Assembly: GCF_965363235.1 (NCBI RefSeq) | Contig: NC_134841.1 | Location: 74,653,723-74,717,722, forward strand | From: Mytilus galloprovincialis | Taxonomy: Eukaryota | Direction of reading: 5' to 3' | DNA length: 64,000 nt | Shown: in pieces, positions 50,401-62,417 of the stretch | How positions within the stretch are numbered: the stretch's first letter is position 1 | Layout: the number at the start of each line of letters is the position of its first letter | Notes under the pieces: model-generated | Database searches by the model: none | What the model was told of the DNA's origin: nothing | What the model saw: the letters and a program-made list of their open reading frames with translations, nothing else | Made by a program: the position numbers and the translations under genes

Positions 50401-50737
50401 ATGTCAGTTAACTGCTAGTAGTCTGTTGTTATTTATGTATTATTGTCATTTTGTTTATTTTCTTTGGTTACATCTTCTGACATCAGACTCGGACTTCTCT
50501 TAAACTGAATTTTAATGTGCGTATTGTTATGCGTTTACTTTTCTACATTGGTTAGAGGTATAGGGGGAGGGTTGAGATCTCACAAACATGTTTAACCCCG
50601 CCGCATTTTTGCGCCTGTCCCAAGTCAGGAGCCTCTGGCCTTTGTTAGTCTTGTATTATTTTAATTTTAGTTTCTTGTGTACAATTTGGAAATTAGTATG
50701 GCGTTCATTATCACTGAACTAGTATATATTTGTTTAG

Positions 50738-50880
50738 GGGCCAGCTGAAGGACGCCTCCGGGTGCGGGAATTTCTCGCTACATTGAAGACCTGTTGGTGA
50801 CCTTCTGCTGTTGTTTTTTTATTTGGTCGGGTTGTTGTCTCTTTGACACATTCCCCATTTCCATTCTCAATTTTATTCAA
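50738..50880 (+). mobile_element. SINE-like repeat copy in the TEP1 intron (same family as 366-600)
   Basis: gaaggacgcctccgggtgcgggaatttctcgctacattgaagac...ggtcgggttgttgtctctttgacacattccccatttccattctcaatttta. Confidence 0.4.
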
Positions 50881-51363
50881 TTCAACGTTTCAAAATCTAC
50901 AGAACTATTGGTGATTTCTTTGTTTGTACCCCAAAATGAAAATAATGTGGCATCATTGGTTGAATTTTCATTGTTTGCAGGGATTTTACCCAATGACATA
51001 TTTAAAAATATTGCCAAAAATGTATTGGATTCTAAAAACTGCAAAATTACTTTGTGGAGAATTTTCCACTTTCAAATTACAAAGCAATCATTGGAGCTTA
51101 ACATGATGTGTCATTTATATCTGCATTTTTCAGCCATGCATTATGAGAAATAACATCCAAAATGTTACATGTAACAATAAAAAATTAGTTGCTTAACATG
51201 TTATAATAAAATCATTGAGACAATCAGGAAAAGCCTAATACAAAGTAAAGGTAAGTAAAAGTACAGTTAAGGTACATATGGAACAATTAACCCTAAAACA
51301 CATGAATGTTTGTCAAAACATGGTCTTATATTTTGTAAAATTCCCTGTTACATTTGATTTCAG

Positions 51364-51477
51364 AGATGTACCAAAAGAATTCCTATCTGATTTTGTAGCA
51401 GAAAATCCAGAAGCTGAAAGCAAGATGGCTACCCTAAAGAATAGGGTCAAGAATTCACCTCTAGAAGTTATTGAAGG
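51364..51477 (+). CDS. TEP1: TEP1 coding exon 20
   Basis: (K)DVPKEFLSDFVAENPEAESKMATLKNRVKNSPLEVIEG aligns with human [39 protein letters not shown]. Confidence 0.85.
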
Positions 51478-51910
51478 GTAAGTATTTCATGTAAATGGTC
51501 TAAGAAAGATACAGCTAGGGCTACATATGCACATGAGATTTGAATAAAAATAAAGTGTTTTGAGCTATTCAATATATGATTCAAGCAATTAGCAGAAAAT
51601 GACTGTACCAGAGATATTTCATGTTGACACATGAGTGCTGACTACTGGGTGGGTGGTACCTTTAAGGAAAAAATGTCTTCCAGTAGTGACATACATTGAC
51701 CCAGTGAGTGTAAAAACTCACCAAAGATCCCTTTATTAACTTGTGTGAAATATAGCTTAGATCATTTATACATGGGAATAGAAAAATACAATTGATTTGA
51801 ATAATTCAGCAGTCAGTTTCCTTGTTAGTGGTTGTCTTTTGTGATATATCAATATTGTTAATCAGATTATAATATAATCAGGCACCCTTTACATTATTAC
51901 ATTATTACCA

Positions 51911-52052
51911 TAGGCGGATCCAGGGGGCCCCCCCCTTTCATGGAAAAACTATGGTTGATTATATAGGGAATCATTGAAGCATGACTGGAGCGCCCCCCCC
52001 CCCTTTAGGTCAGTCAGCGGGCCTCCCTTAGGAAAAGTTCTGGATCCGCCAC
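51911..52052. mobile_element. Palindromic MITE with GGCGGATCC termini, in the TEP1 intron
   Basis: taggcggatccagggggccccccc...ggttgattatatagggaatcattgaagcatgactgga...ttctggatccgccactga; same family as 4868-5005. Confidence 0.5.
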
Positions 52053-52132
52053 TGATTACATGCCTAATAATAATCTTCTTGTACTTCTTCCTTTATTCTT
52101 ATTACATAAATAAATATTATCTTACTTTGTAG

Positions 52133-52253
52133 GTACGATTGTAGATGGGGAGGATCTGTTGATGGGAAGCCCATTGTTTCAGGACTAGAGAAGTTTGCCA
52201 TGCCAATCATTAACTCTGTGTGGAATTCTGCCAGGAAGCAATGCCCAGATGAG
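52133..52253 (+). CDS. TEP1: TEP1 coding exon 21
   Basis: (G)YDCRWGGSVDGKPIVSGLEKFAMPIINSVWNSARKQCPDE aligns with human [39 protein letters not shown]. Confidence 0.85.
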
Positions 52254-53632
52254 GTTAGACAACTCTTGCAAAAAAATAAAGTTAAACAAGGTCATTCAAC
52301 ACCAAATGAAGGACTGAGCAAGAAGAAGCCCACAAAACCAGGGGTATCTTAGGTACTCTGCAAAGATTAGCAGATACTGCTCCACATGTGACACCCATCA
52401 TGTAACTGTGGGGCCTCAGGGACTGGTGGTCTAAGTAGTAACTACTTTTATCACTAGCCAGTCAACATTGATGTTGTGAGTTCCAATACTTCTCGTACGG
52501 GTGCACTCGACTCCAATCTTAATTTACTAGAATTTATGAGCATTATGTTTTCTGGTCTGTGCGTCCATTCGTTTTCTAAGTCTGTCTGTTCTGCTTCAGG
52601 TTAAAGTTTTTGTTCAAGGTAGTTTTTGATGAAGTAGAAGTTTAATCAACTTGAAACTTAGAACCTATGTCCCCTATGATATGATCTTTCTAATTTTAAT
52701 GCCAAATTAGAGTATTTACCCCATTTTCATGGTCCACTGAACATAGAAAATGATAGTGCGGATGGGGCAACCTTGTACTATGGACATTTCTTGTTCTATC
52801 AAAGGTCTGTGATTTTCTCAGGGCAGTCCAGATTCCTCCACCAATAAAAACTGGCAGCCATGAAATACCCCAAAAGCGGTGCTGAAATGTGGCGTTCAAA
52901 CATTAAAATCAAATCAAAATCAAATCATGTAACTATAATGAAATATTTTTAAAACTTTACTAAACATTTAGAATGAATACAAAACCAGACAAATGAAAAA
53001 CTATGAACTGTAGGTTGCAGTCTAGTAATTGACTGCTCCTAAGGCTTACATGCAAAACAGTTGATCTTTGAAAATAAAAAAAAAAAAAAAAAAAATGCTA
53101 CATAGAAACAAAAATTCATGTTCATATCATGTTTGTACTAATGTGAAATTGTGATTCAATCGAAAAAAAAAGTGGGTCATGCCACGAAGAATATAAAGTT
53201 ATGTAACCCTGAAGTCAAAACATTTTTTTTTCTACTCTCTGTTTGCTGTATTTACTAGGCCGCACCACTTCCAGTAAACATGATATCCTTCCCCTTTCCT
53301 GAATTGATATCCCCAAAAAGATGCAAGATTTTTTTTAATCTATATATATGTTTCAATTCAGCATAAACTTTTAATCAAACAGAAAAAATTGAGTCTAGTA
53401 AAAAAAGCAGAAAAAATTGAGTTGTAATACAAACTGGTACCTGTATTTCAAAATGATCATGTTTAGTCTGTCAAACATTGAATATGTACACTTATTTATT
53501 AGAAACGGAAGTGATTTTACAATACAAATCTTAAATTTTATATATATAAAACCTGTGCACAACTTCATTTTTATATAATAGAGCGATAAAATACAATCAT
53601 TTAGCCAATCAAATTGCTGTCTTTTACTACAG

Positions 53633-53818
53633 GATGCCATGTTGGATGAAACAACCCATGCCACAAAACAACATGAGGCAATGGTAGAGAACCACAGAGC
53701 TAGATTTGTGGGGAGGAAAACTCTGATCAAAGAATGTCTCAAAAAAATGTCAGAAATGACATCTGGTGGAGTTATCTCCCTTACAGGAAAACCAGGCACA
53801 GGAAAATCAGCCCTTTTG
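53633..53818 (+). CDS. TEP1: TEP1 coding exon 22 (NACHT domain Walker A / P-loop)
   Basis: DAMLDETTHATKQHEAMVENHRARFVGRKTLIKECLKKMSEMTSGGVISLTGKPGTGKSALL aligns with human ...RLMLPHGRLSLVTGQSGQGKTAFL. Contains the GxxxxGK[ST] motif. Confidence 0.9.
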
Positions 53819-54342
53819 GTAAGAATTTTTTTTCTCGATTCAAAAGATATTTATTCAGATAAATAATCAGATAACAATATAATACACTTGAACTAAATAT
53901 CTGAGATTCAGAAGCAACTTTGCAAACAAGTAAAGTTGTTTTTACAAATCTGTCTCCTAGAACAAAAACAATAGACTTATTGAGCGATACATACATTTAG
54001 AGATTGGGCAAGCTATGTAATAGATATGAAAAAAGTAAAAAGCACAATACAAGGGGAAAAAAGAATAAACATGAAATTTTGTAATGTATCAAGTGTGAAA
54101 TGCTTGGGTTCGTATTGGATGATGAAGCAGTAACATCAAGGTTAAAATGTTAACATTTGATCATTGTGTCTTATCATGCATTATTTTCAGAATTGTTATT
54201 TTGGCAATTTCATAACTTTTTTTTTCAGTTTTGAAATGTCAAAAGGTGCCCATTTTGTCTCTATATATTAAACTTTCCAGAACTTGACCAGATGAACAAA
54301 TTTCAAATATCGGCTTATATAATTATGTCTGTTACCTTGTAG

Positions 54343-54518
54343 GCTTCACTGGTGACATCTTACAAAGACTCAAGCCAGTGTGATAGTCCAGCCAACATCT
54401 TGGTCCATATATCTGGAGCAGCCCCAGGGTCTACAAATATCCTGGCCACTCTAAGGAGACTGTGTTATGAGATAAGAAGACAATTTGGACTGACAACTGA
54501 TATTTCTGAAGATTATAA
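54343..54518 (+). CDS. TEP1: TEP1 coding exon 23 (NACHT)
   Basis: ASLVTSYKDSSQCDSPANILVHISGAAPGSTNILATLRRLCYEIRRQFGLTTDISEDY aligns with human ASLVSALQAPDGAKVAPLVFFHFSGARPDQGLALTLLRRLCTYLRGQLKEPGALPSTY. Confidence 0.9.
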
Positions 54519-56347
54519 GTAAGTTTTTATTTTGCATTACAGCTTCAATTGACCATAGGCTAGTGTTGGATAATCGGTTGAAATTACCAACCGATTATCT
54601 ATTACAATCGTTTGACAGCAACCAACCGACTATCGGTTATAATCGCATCAGAATACTTTGCCCTTTTTTTAAATGAAATCATGCATTTTAGTCTCATTGG
54701 TCATGTCTAATGTGTATATTCCATTTCATTGCAGAGTTTTATATGTTAATATTTTATCTTCTGTTTCCTTTTCATATTTTATTTAGCAATTATAAAAATG
54801 AATTAATTAGAATCCAGATTCAGATTGAACATATTTTATCTCATAATTACAACATTAATTACCAAGAGTGACACTAACTTTTCTAAATTTCAATGGTGTA
54901 ACTCACATTATAATTTCAATAACTTAGCAGTATAAACATTTGAATGTTTCACAGTAAGAAAAGATATATATAAAGTATTTTACTTTAAGAAATTTAAGAT
55001 TAACAGAAAAAAATAAAACAATGCATTTGCATTGAAATATATACAGTAAACAAAGAGGATCCAGCCAATGTCTGTTAATTCGTGTAGAATGCTTTTTTTT
55101 TCACTTTATGATCATCATTTTTCTGTCAATTGTGTCAAGCGAGCGTCTGAACTTATAATTGCAAAAATGCGGAATTATTACATAGTTGAACCGTATCCGA
55201 TCCGTGATTCTAATGTATTTCAATGGCGGACAAATTTCAGAAAATTTACAAACATAAACGATGTTTGACAAGCAATTTGGGAAGGAATATGACGCTTTTG
55301 ACGCTACTAATGGATAAAACATTAATAAAAGGCAATTTGCGACACGCTCTAATGAAGTAAAGAAATTATTTTGTCTAAAATCTGAAGGATTTCATGTACG
55401 CTCTCAAGTAACAAGTATCCGGTATTGAGAGAGTATTTCATACAAAGTTATTTATTTTAAAGATCAATCTGTATATATATAGTCAATACTTTTGTCACGT
55501 TTTAAAGGGGAAAAAATGGTTTTGTCTTTAATTATAGGATGTTTGACATTGTTATTGTCATCCACTGATATTTTTTGTTGCAATTTGTTTGACTGAGCAT
55601 ATAAAATTCAAACCGCAAACGGACCGGAAGTTGATACGCAAAAAGTCCGGAAACTATAGCGACAATCGATTGAACAAAATCCCAATCGATTATCGACATC
55701 GTGAGGCCCAACCAACTGATTTCCGACTTATTCCGATCATCGGAACAACGCTACCATAGGCTATCTTGCATTGCAGTGTTTTCCTAAGAAGCCAGTAGTG
55801 CGTTAGATAGCTAGCTTTCTGGTTCACCATATTGGCCATCTTATTTTTTCTATCAATTGTAAAGTAATAACTGTGAACAGTAATACAAGCCCTCCTTTGC
55901 CTTAAATTTTTTAAAATCAGTTTGTTTGTCATGAATTCTACGTAATCACTGTATTGGTAAGACTATTATAAATTAACAGTCCATTGTACTCTTAAAATTG
56001 ACATATATCTAAGGAACTGTTTTCTTCAAATTGAAAAGTCAGTAGAACTGTTTGAGAATGATATAACTCTGACGAATCTTGTAATTAGTTTTAATTTCCA
56101 AAGTGTTTGCAATGTTTTAACTATTTCTAAAGTTGTGAGGGGATAGGTTTTTACGAAAGTAAAATTTTGATCTTTATTTAAATTCAGCATCTTCTAAGAA
56201 ATTAATAATTAATATCTTTCTTTTTTGTTAATTGTTCAACATTTGGAATAAAAAAAAAAGGGACTAGCTTTGGTAAAAATTGAATAAGTTCTAGAAACAT
56301 TACATGAAATAAATTTGTATGTAATAAGAGCTATATTATCATTTTAG

Positions 56348-56495
56348 AAACATAACACAGAAGTTTAGTGAGATGTTGACTGAAGCTGGATCTCTATCTG
56401 GTTCCCCAGTGGTCATATTCATGGATGGTTTAGACTTGATGGAGAACACACTTCTGCCCAGTACAATGGATTGGCTACCTAATCCTGTACCAAAG
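56348..56495 (+). CDS. TEP1: TEP1 coding exon 24 (NACHT Walker B region)
   Basis: (K)NITQKFSEMLTEAGSLSGSPVVIFMDGLDLMENTLLPSTMDWLPNPVPK aligns with human LQQRLLPKSAESLHPGQTQVLIIDGADRLVDQNGQLISDWIPKKLPR. Confidence 0.85.
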
Positions 56496-57167
56496 GTAGG
56501 AGATTCATAGTGTAGACTGGTTCCCTATCCCTAAACTATTCAGGTTCCCTTAAAAATGTTACGAAAATTTACATAGGTAACATCAGATATTTGAAATGAA
56601 AACATGTTATATACTGAATTAAATGCATAGAAAACATATGCTTGAATAATCTTCATCAGGTGTGCTAAAGACCAAAAGTTTGGAAGCTTAAACAGAATAT
56701 ATAAACATTCTAAACATCCTAGAGTATGGATTAATTTAGAGGTTAAGAATTTGTCATTTAAGGTTTATGTAAACTCTTTTAAATTTTTGACAACAATGAT
56801 TAACTTCTTTGTAATAGCTGATTTAAACTGAGTTCTGGGTGATCAATTATCATATATCTTGTAGGGTGTTATTTTAGCGGGTGTAAAACTTCACGATTTT
56901 CATTGAAAAAAGGTTTACGAAATATTTTGGTGGTAATTATTTTGGCGGATTCAAACTTTTAGCAATACCTTTGCATATACATTTTTAAATTGGCTGAATT
57001 TATTTTGGCGATTTTGTTCTTTCTGCGAAAATTGCACCCTGAGAAAATAACCAGCTATACGGTAGCTATGTCATAATAAATAGACCTTATCACTATTCAT
57101 GTATTCTTTTGTTGCAGGAAAATAATGATTAGATGTTTGAATTTTCAAAATCGTCTTTTAATTTCAG

Positions 57168-57344
57168 AATGTAATATTTGTGATAACTGCATTGGAGGAT
57201 GGAAAATTCAACAGTTCTCTGAAGAGACTTGGAGCTGTCAATTTAAGTGTAGGTCCATTAGACATGTGGGACAAAGCTGATGTTGTCAGGAACAACTTGG
57301 CAGTACACAGGAAGGCTTTAGATGAATCACCATTTAACAACCAG
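57168..57344 (+). CDS. TEP1: TEP1 coding exon 25
   Basis: NVIFVITALEDGKFNSSLKRLGAVNLSVGPLDMWDKADVVRNNLAVHRKALDESPFNNQ aligns with human CVHLVLSVSSDAGLGETLEQSQGAHVLALGPLEASARARLVREELALYGKRLEESPFNNQ. Confidence 0.9.
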
Positions 57345-57610
57345 GTAAAACTTAGAAGTAAAAGAAAGGCGAAAGATACCAGAGGACATTCAAACTCATA
57401 AGTAAAAAAATTAATTGAAAATGCCGTGTCTAATAAAAGAAAAAGACAAACAGACAAACTATAGTAGAAGTAAAATGGATTATAGAGGTCTTAGATGAGT
57501 TTGTGATTTGTGCTGCACCTTTGTTGACCAATACAGAAACAATATATTTTTATACGACCGCAAAAATTTTAATTTTTCGTCGTATATTGCTATCACGTTG
57601 GCGTCGTCGT

Positions 57611-57636
57611 CTGCGTCGTCGTCGTCCGAATACTTA
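57611..57636. repeat. (GTC)n microsatellite
   Basis: gcgtcgtcgtctgcgtcgtcgtcgtcc. Confidence 0.8.
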
Positions 57637-57640
57637 TAGT

Positions 57641-58265
57641 TTTCGCACTCTAACTTTAGTAAAAGTGAATAGAAATCTATGAAATTTTAACACAAGGTTT
57701 ATGACCACTAAAGGAAGGTTGGGATTGATTTTGGGAGTTTTGATCCCAACATTTTAGGAATTAGGGGCCAAAAAGGGCCCAAATAAGCATTTTCTTTGTT
57801 TTCGCACAATAACTTAAGTTTATGTGAATAGAAATCTATGAAATTTTGACACAAGGTTTATGACCACAAAAGGAAGGTTGGGATTGATTTTGGGAGTTTT
57901 GGTTCTAACACTTTAGGAATTAGGGGCCAAAAAAGGGCCCAAATAAGCATTATTCTTGGTTTTCGCACAATAACTTTAGTTGAAGTAAATAGAAATCAAT
58001 GAAATTTAAACACAAGGTTTATGACCACAAAAGGAAGGTTGGTATTGATTTTGGGAGTTGAGGTCTGAACAGTTTAGGAATTAGGGGCCAAAAAGGGGCC
58101 CAAGTAAGCATTATTCTTGGTTTTCGCACCATAACTTTAGTTTAAGTAAATAGAAATCTATGAAATTTAAACACAAGGTTTATGACCACTAAAGGAAAGT
58201 TGGGTTTGATTTTGGGAGTTTTGGTCCCAACAGTTTAGGAATAAGGGGCCCAAAGGGTCCAAAAT
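57641..58265. repeat. Tandem array, ~160-bp unit × about 4, in the TEP1 intron
   Basis: The unit ttttcgcacaataactt.agtt.a.gt.aatagaaatc.atgaaattt.aacacaaggtttatgaccac.aaaggaaggttggg.ttgattttgggagtt...ttaggaattaggggccaaaaagggcccaaataagcatt recurs at 57641, 57800, 57960 and 58121. Confidence 0.8.
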
Positions 58266-58530
58266 TGAACTTAGTTTGATTTCATCAAAAATTGAATAAT
58301 TGGGGTTCTTTGATATGCCAAATCTAACTGTGTATGTAGATTCTTAATTTTTGGTCCCGTTTTCAAATTGGTCTACATTAAGGTCCAAAGGGTCCAAAAT
58401 TAAACTTAGTTTGATTTTGACAAAAATTGAATCCTTGGGGTTCTTTGATATGCTGAATCTAAACATGTACTTAGATTTTTGATTATGGGCCCAGTTTTCA
58501 AGTTGGTTCAAATCAGGATCCAAAATTATT
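58255..58530. repeat. Two tandem copies of a ~135-bp unit
   Basis: ggtccaaaattgaacttagtttgattt.a.caaaaattgaat.attggggttctttgatatgc..aatctaa...gt...agatt.ttaatt.tgg.cc.gttttcaa.ttgg recurs with a period of ~135. Confidence 0.7.
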
Positions 58531-58539
58531 ATATTAAGT

Positions 58540-58787
58540 ATTGTGCAATAGCAAGAAATTTTCAATTGCACAGTATTCAGTAATAGCAAGAAATCTTCAA
58601 TTGCACAGTATTGTGCAATAGCAAGAAATTTTCAATTGCACAGCATTGTGCAATAGCAAGAAATCTTCAAATGCACTGTATTGTGCAATAGCAAATATTT
58701 TCAATTGCGCAGTATTGCACAATAGCAAGAAATATCTAATTGCACAATATTGTGCAATAGCAAGAAATTTTCAATTGATTGGAGTTA
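58540..58787. repeat. Tandem array of a ~36-bp partly palindromic unit × about 7 (satellite, not CRISPR)
   Basis: attgtgcaatagcaagaaat(t/c)ttcaattgcacagt is repeated back-to-back with no intervening unique spacers. Confidence 0.85.
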
Positions 58788-59501
58788 TCTTTCTTTGTCC
58801 AGAATAGTAGTTGAATCAACTTAAATCATTGTTTTATACAATATACAATGTATATTCACTTTTACTACCAACTGATAAATTAAAACAATCTTTACCATTC
58901 AGTGATAACAAGCACCTTTTGTTACATTTTAATATTTTATGATGTATTTAAATGAGTAGTTATTGTTGCAAACTCCATTAGAAATTTGAATTGAGATCAG
59001 TTTTGGAAAAAGGGAAAGGGGGATGTGAAAAAAAATGGGGGGGGGAGGGGGGGGTTGAATTTTTCTCATTTCAGATTTCATAAATAAAAAGAAAATTTCT
59101 TCAAACATTTTTTTGAGAGGATTAATATTCAACAGCATAGTGAATTGCTCAAAGGAAAAAAAAATATTTTAAGTTCATTAGACCACATTCATTCTGTGTC
59201 AGAAACCTATGCTGTGTCAACTATTTAATCACAATCCAAATTTAGAGCTGAATTCAGCTTGAATGTTGTGTTCATACTTGCCCCAACCGTTCAGGGTTCA
59301 ACCTCTGCGGTCATATAAAGCTGCGCCCTGCGGAGCATCTGGTTTATTCTGTGAATACACTTTTATTGTAATAAGAGTTTGTATACAATCCCATTTCAAT
59401 AAGATAAGAAGGAAGCTGTCATTTTGATACAAATTTGAATACATCTTAATTTAGTTTTAAATGAAATGAAATAATGTGTTTCTTTTTACTTTTTTCTTCA
59501 G

Positions 59502-59594
59502 ATGAAGTTATTGCTATCAAAGAGGGAAGGAGCAAATCCTCTTTTCTTGAAGCTTGCATGTGAAGAACTAAGAGTTTTTGGAGTGTTTGAAAGG
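59502..59594 (+). CDS. TEP1: TEP1 coding exon 26
   Basis: MKLLLSKREGANPLFLKLACEELRVFGVFER aligns with human MRLLLVKRESGRPLYLRLVTDHLRLFTLYEQ. Confidence 0.9.
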
Positions 59595-60270
59595 GTATGT
59601 TAAAATATAACTACTTTTAATTTAGAATTGTTGTGTGCATTTATTATTTATTGGAATTGAAGGAAATACTACATAGTTATGATTCTATCAAATTGTGTGC
59701 AAGATTGTATTTTAGAAAATCATCTTCTTGCAATTTTTGCAAAGATAAAAACATATAAAAAATTCTGAATTTACAGTACTTTTTTTGCCAGTTTGAATAA
59801 AGTACCAATTGGTTTACAGTATTGTAAATATGTATTTGTTGATCTGATAAGGACTGGCAAGAAACAGGGGTATTTTTGTTTGTGTATTTATGTCCAACAG
59901 TTTTTAAACTGCAAGCTTTCAGACTTTCTCATGTAAAAGAAGGGACATAGTTTATTTTTAAACTCTTTTAATAATTCATGACACGAAATCCTTGCATGAA
60001 CTCAACAAAGAAAAGAAATAGAGCTTGTAATAATATTCTCCATCTCAAAGACTGTTTTGATGAAATTATTTGCTAAAAGTAATATATGAATTTTTAACGG
60101 AGTGCATTACAACTGTGATAAATGTACAAACTGAAAGACTAAAGATTTCATTAGAACACAATAACATAAGAAAAGTTATTTCAAGTATAAATGTTTCATC
60201 ACGATAATGCTGGTTATCAAATATATTTAAAACTGTTTGAATTTGCTAACAGGTATATTTTTTTTACAGA

Positions 60271-60403
60271 TTACCAATAAACTGAAATCCTTACCACATA
60301 CCACTCCTACACTCTTACAAGAAGTACTCTCCAGAATAGAATCAGACTTAGGACTTGATCTGGTATCTACAGCATTCTCATTGTTAGTGTGTTCAAGAAA
60401 TGG
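60271..60403 (+). CDS. TEP1: TEP1 coding exon 27
   Basis: ITNKLKSLPHTTPTLLQEVLSRIESDLGLDLVSTAFSLLVCSRN aligns with human VSERLRTLPATVPLLLQHILSTLEKEHGPDVLPQALTALEVTRSG. Confidence 0.85.
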
Positions 60404-60684
60404 TAAGTTCTAAGAAAATTAGAAACCTTTGTTGTGTTCTAGAATGTTCAAAAGAACATTGATGTCAGTATTATATATAATGCATAAAGTTGAGTAGCAG
60501 GCTAGTCAAAAGTTGGATAAACAAAATGGTAATCACCTTATTTTGAAATATGAAACCAAATAAATACCCCTTATTACTGCTTCTGCAGAAAATCACAGAT
60601 CTCTTCCTTGAATTTGGACATCACAAAGCTTAGTTTTAAGAAGAGATGAGTATTCTGTATTTTCACATTTTTTTTGATTTTCAG

Positions 60685-60862
60685 GCATACAAGTGGAAGA
60701 ATTACATGACTTACTAAGTATTCATGATATCTTAACAAATGATAAACTCAAAATGGACGATATAAGAAACATTAAATTGACACCTGAACAGATGTTACCA
60801 GCTGCTGTGTTTGGGCACTTGAGGAGGTCCCTAGAGACATTCCTAAACCCAACTGATAGTTG
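60685..60862 (+). CDS. TEP1: TEP1 coding exon 28
   Basis: (G)IQVEELHDLLSIHDILTNDKLKMDDIRNIKLTPEQMLPAAVFGHLRRSLETFLNPTDS aligns with human LTVDQLHGVLSVWRTLPKGTKSWEEAVAAGNSGDPYPMGPFACLVQSLRSLLGEGP. Confidence 0.85.
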
Positions 60863-61300
60863 GTAAGTCTTCTATATTTTCATAAAAGTGTAACAGTCAA
60901 GACGATGAATTTCTATCCTTTTTCCACTCATTTATTCTCAGTAAAACCAAAAGTCATGAAATGTCAGTTACTTTTGAAATGAATATTTGATCTTTTGAAA
61001 GAGTGATAAATGTAAATATTCTCAAAATGTTCCTTGTTTATAGGATCACAAAATTTAACTAATCACCACATTTTTTCTAGTGATGAACAAACAACCCTTC
61101 TCTAGCCATCTGTTGAGCATGAAAAGCTTACCTTTTTGGAGTGCTTCATTTAACCACCATGTTTTTGTGTGTGCAGGATTTCTGTAGTGTTTTGAAGGCT
61201 GTGTTGTTTACATTGCCCTTTTTTATGTGCTGTCTGTCCATTATTTAAACTTAATATGTGATTTCCTCCTTAATATATTCTTATTTTTTTGTAATAACAG

Positions 61301-61407
61301 GAACAGTAGACTAACACTGGCTCATAAAGACATAGAGGCTGCAGTGAGACAGAGGTACATGAAGGGTTCTTCAGACTTGGAAACTAAATACCATTCTTTA
61401 CTGGCAG
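61301..61407 (+). CDS. TEP1: TEP1 coding exon 29
   Basis: (W)NSRLTLAHKDIEAAVRQRYMKGSSDLETKYHSLLA aligns with human ...LCLPDGPLRTAAKRCYGKRPGLEDTAHILIAAQL. Matches ORF 61227..61430. Confidence 0.8.
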
Positions 61408-61936
61408 GTAAGTTCATGAAAATGTTTTAATTATCATATATTAACCCTCTTAGTTACCCAGTCATTAAATATCTGTGAAACAAACCTGATATTTTACATA
61501 TATTCATGAATTATTATAAAGTGGGAAATTTTCATGAGGGTGTATTTTTGCTAACTTTCTGTTAAAAATGAAATAAGTAAATATTCCATCTTGTACATTT
61601 TATCTTGTAGGAGGATTACAATAAGGGACTAGAAACTTGAAAATTAGAAAATGGAACAAGAAACATGAAAATATAATCTCTAAAAAAGTTTTTTTTAACT
61701 CTTCTAACTTTTTGATAACTTTTTTAAACCTTTGAAGTTTTACGAGTAAACAGCTTTGTTGTTCAACACTACAGCTTTTGATTTGAATATGTTAAATGAA
61801 ATAAGTCACCTAATTAAAGTAGCTAAAGGTAAAGGAACAGAAATATTTACAGAAAAAACAACATGAAACATAACACTTGTTCTGGAAGTTGAGAAGTGAT
61901 GCATAGATGTTGATTTTTTATTTTTTATTTTGATAG

Positions 61937-62025
61937 GCTACTTTTTCCAACTTGCTGATCCAGGTAAAACCAATAGTTTCAGTGGAAATAATCCTAGAGC
62001 CTTTACAGAATTGCCATTCCATTTG
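61937..62025 (+). CDS. TEP1: TEP1 coding exon 30
   Basis: (G)YFFQLADPGKTNSFSGNNPRAFTELPFHL aligns with human ...GTFRSCPPEALGDLPYHLL. Acceptor tgatag, donor TTG|gtgagt. Confidence 0.8.
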
Positions 62026-62417
62026 GTGAGTGTGTATTTTATAGTGAATAAGTTTCAAAGAAACTAAAATTTTATACCTGCAGCAACAAAATTATGGGCT
62101 ATATTGCATTAACCTTGTCTGTTTGATTTTCCATCCGTTCATCTTAATCTTGAGAGGCAATGATAGATGGGCAATGGACCTACCTAGGAGTCCCCAGTGG
62201 TTAAGCCACATTAATTTGTTAGCATTTCACATAAGTTGGACAGATACTATTAATTGTTTTCCTATCCTTTAATTCTCAATATGTTGAATATACTAAAAAA
62301 ATATCTTCATACATTTCTAGATACTTTTGATCAGATTTTTATCGAGCTTTCGATTTAGTGGAAAAAGCGAGACTAAGCGATCCAACATTCCGTCGGCGTT
62401 GGAGGCGTCCACAAATA

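Noticed and set aside
53395-53799. 134-aa minus-strand ORF overlapping the NACHT exon
   Set aside because: It is antisense to TEP1 exon 22 and the upstream intron. The sense strand has the conserved GKPGTGKS P-loop exon with proper splice sites.
58540-58787. Regularly repeated ~36-bp palindromic unit that resembles a CRISPR repeat
   Set aside because: The units abut directly with no unique spacers. The context is a eukaryotic intron inside a cluster of other satellites, and no cas-like ORFs are nearby.
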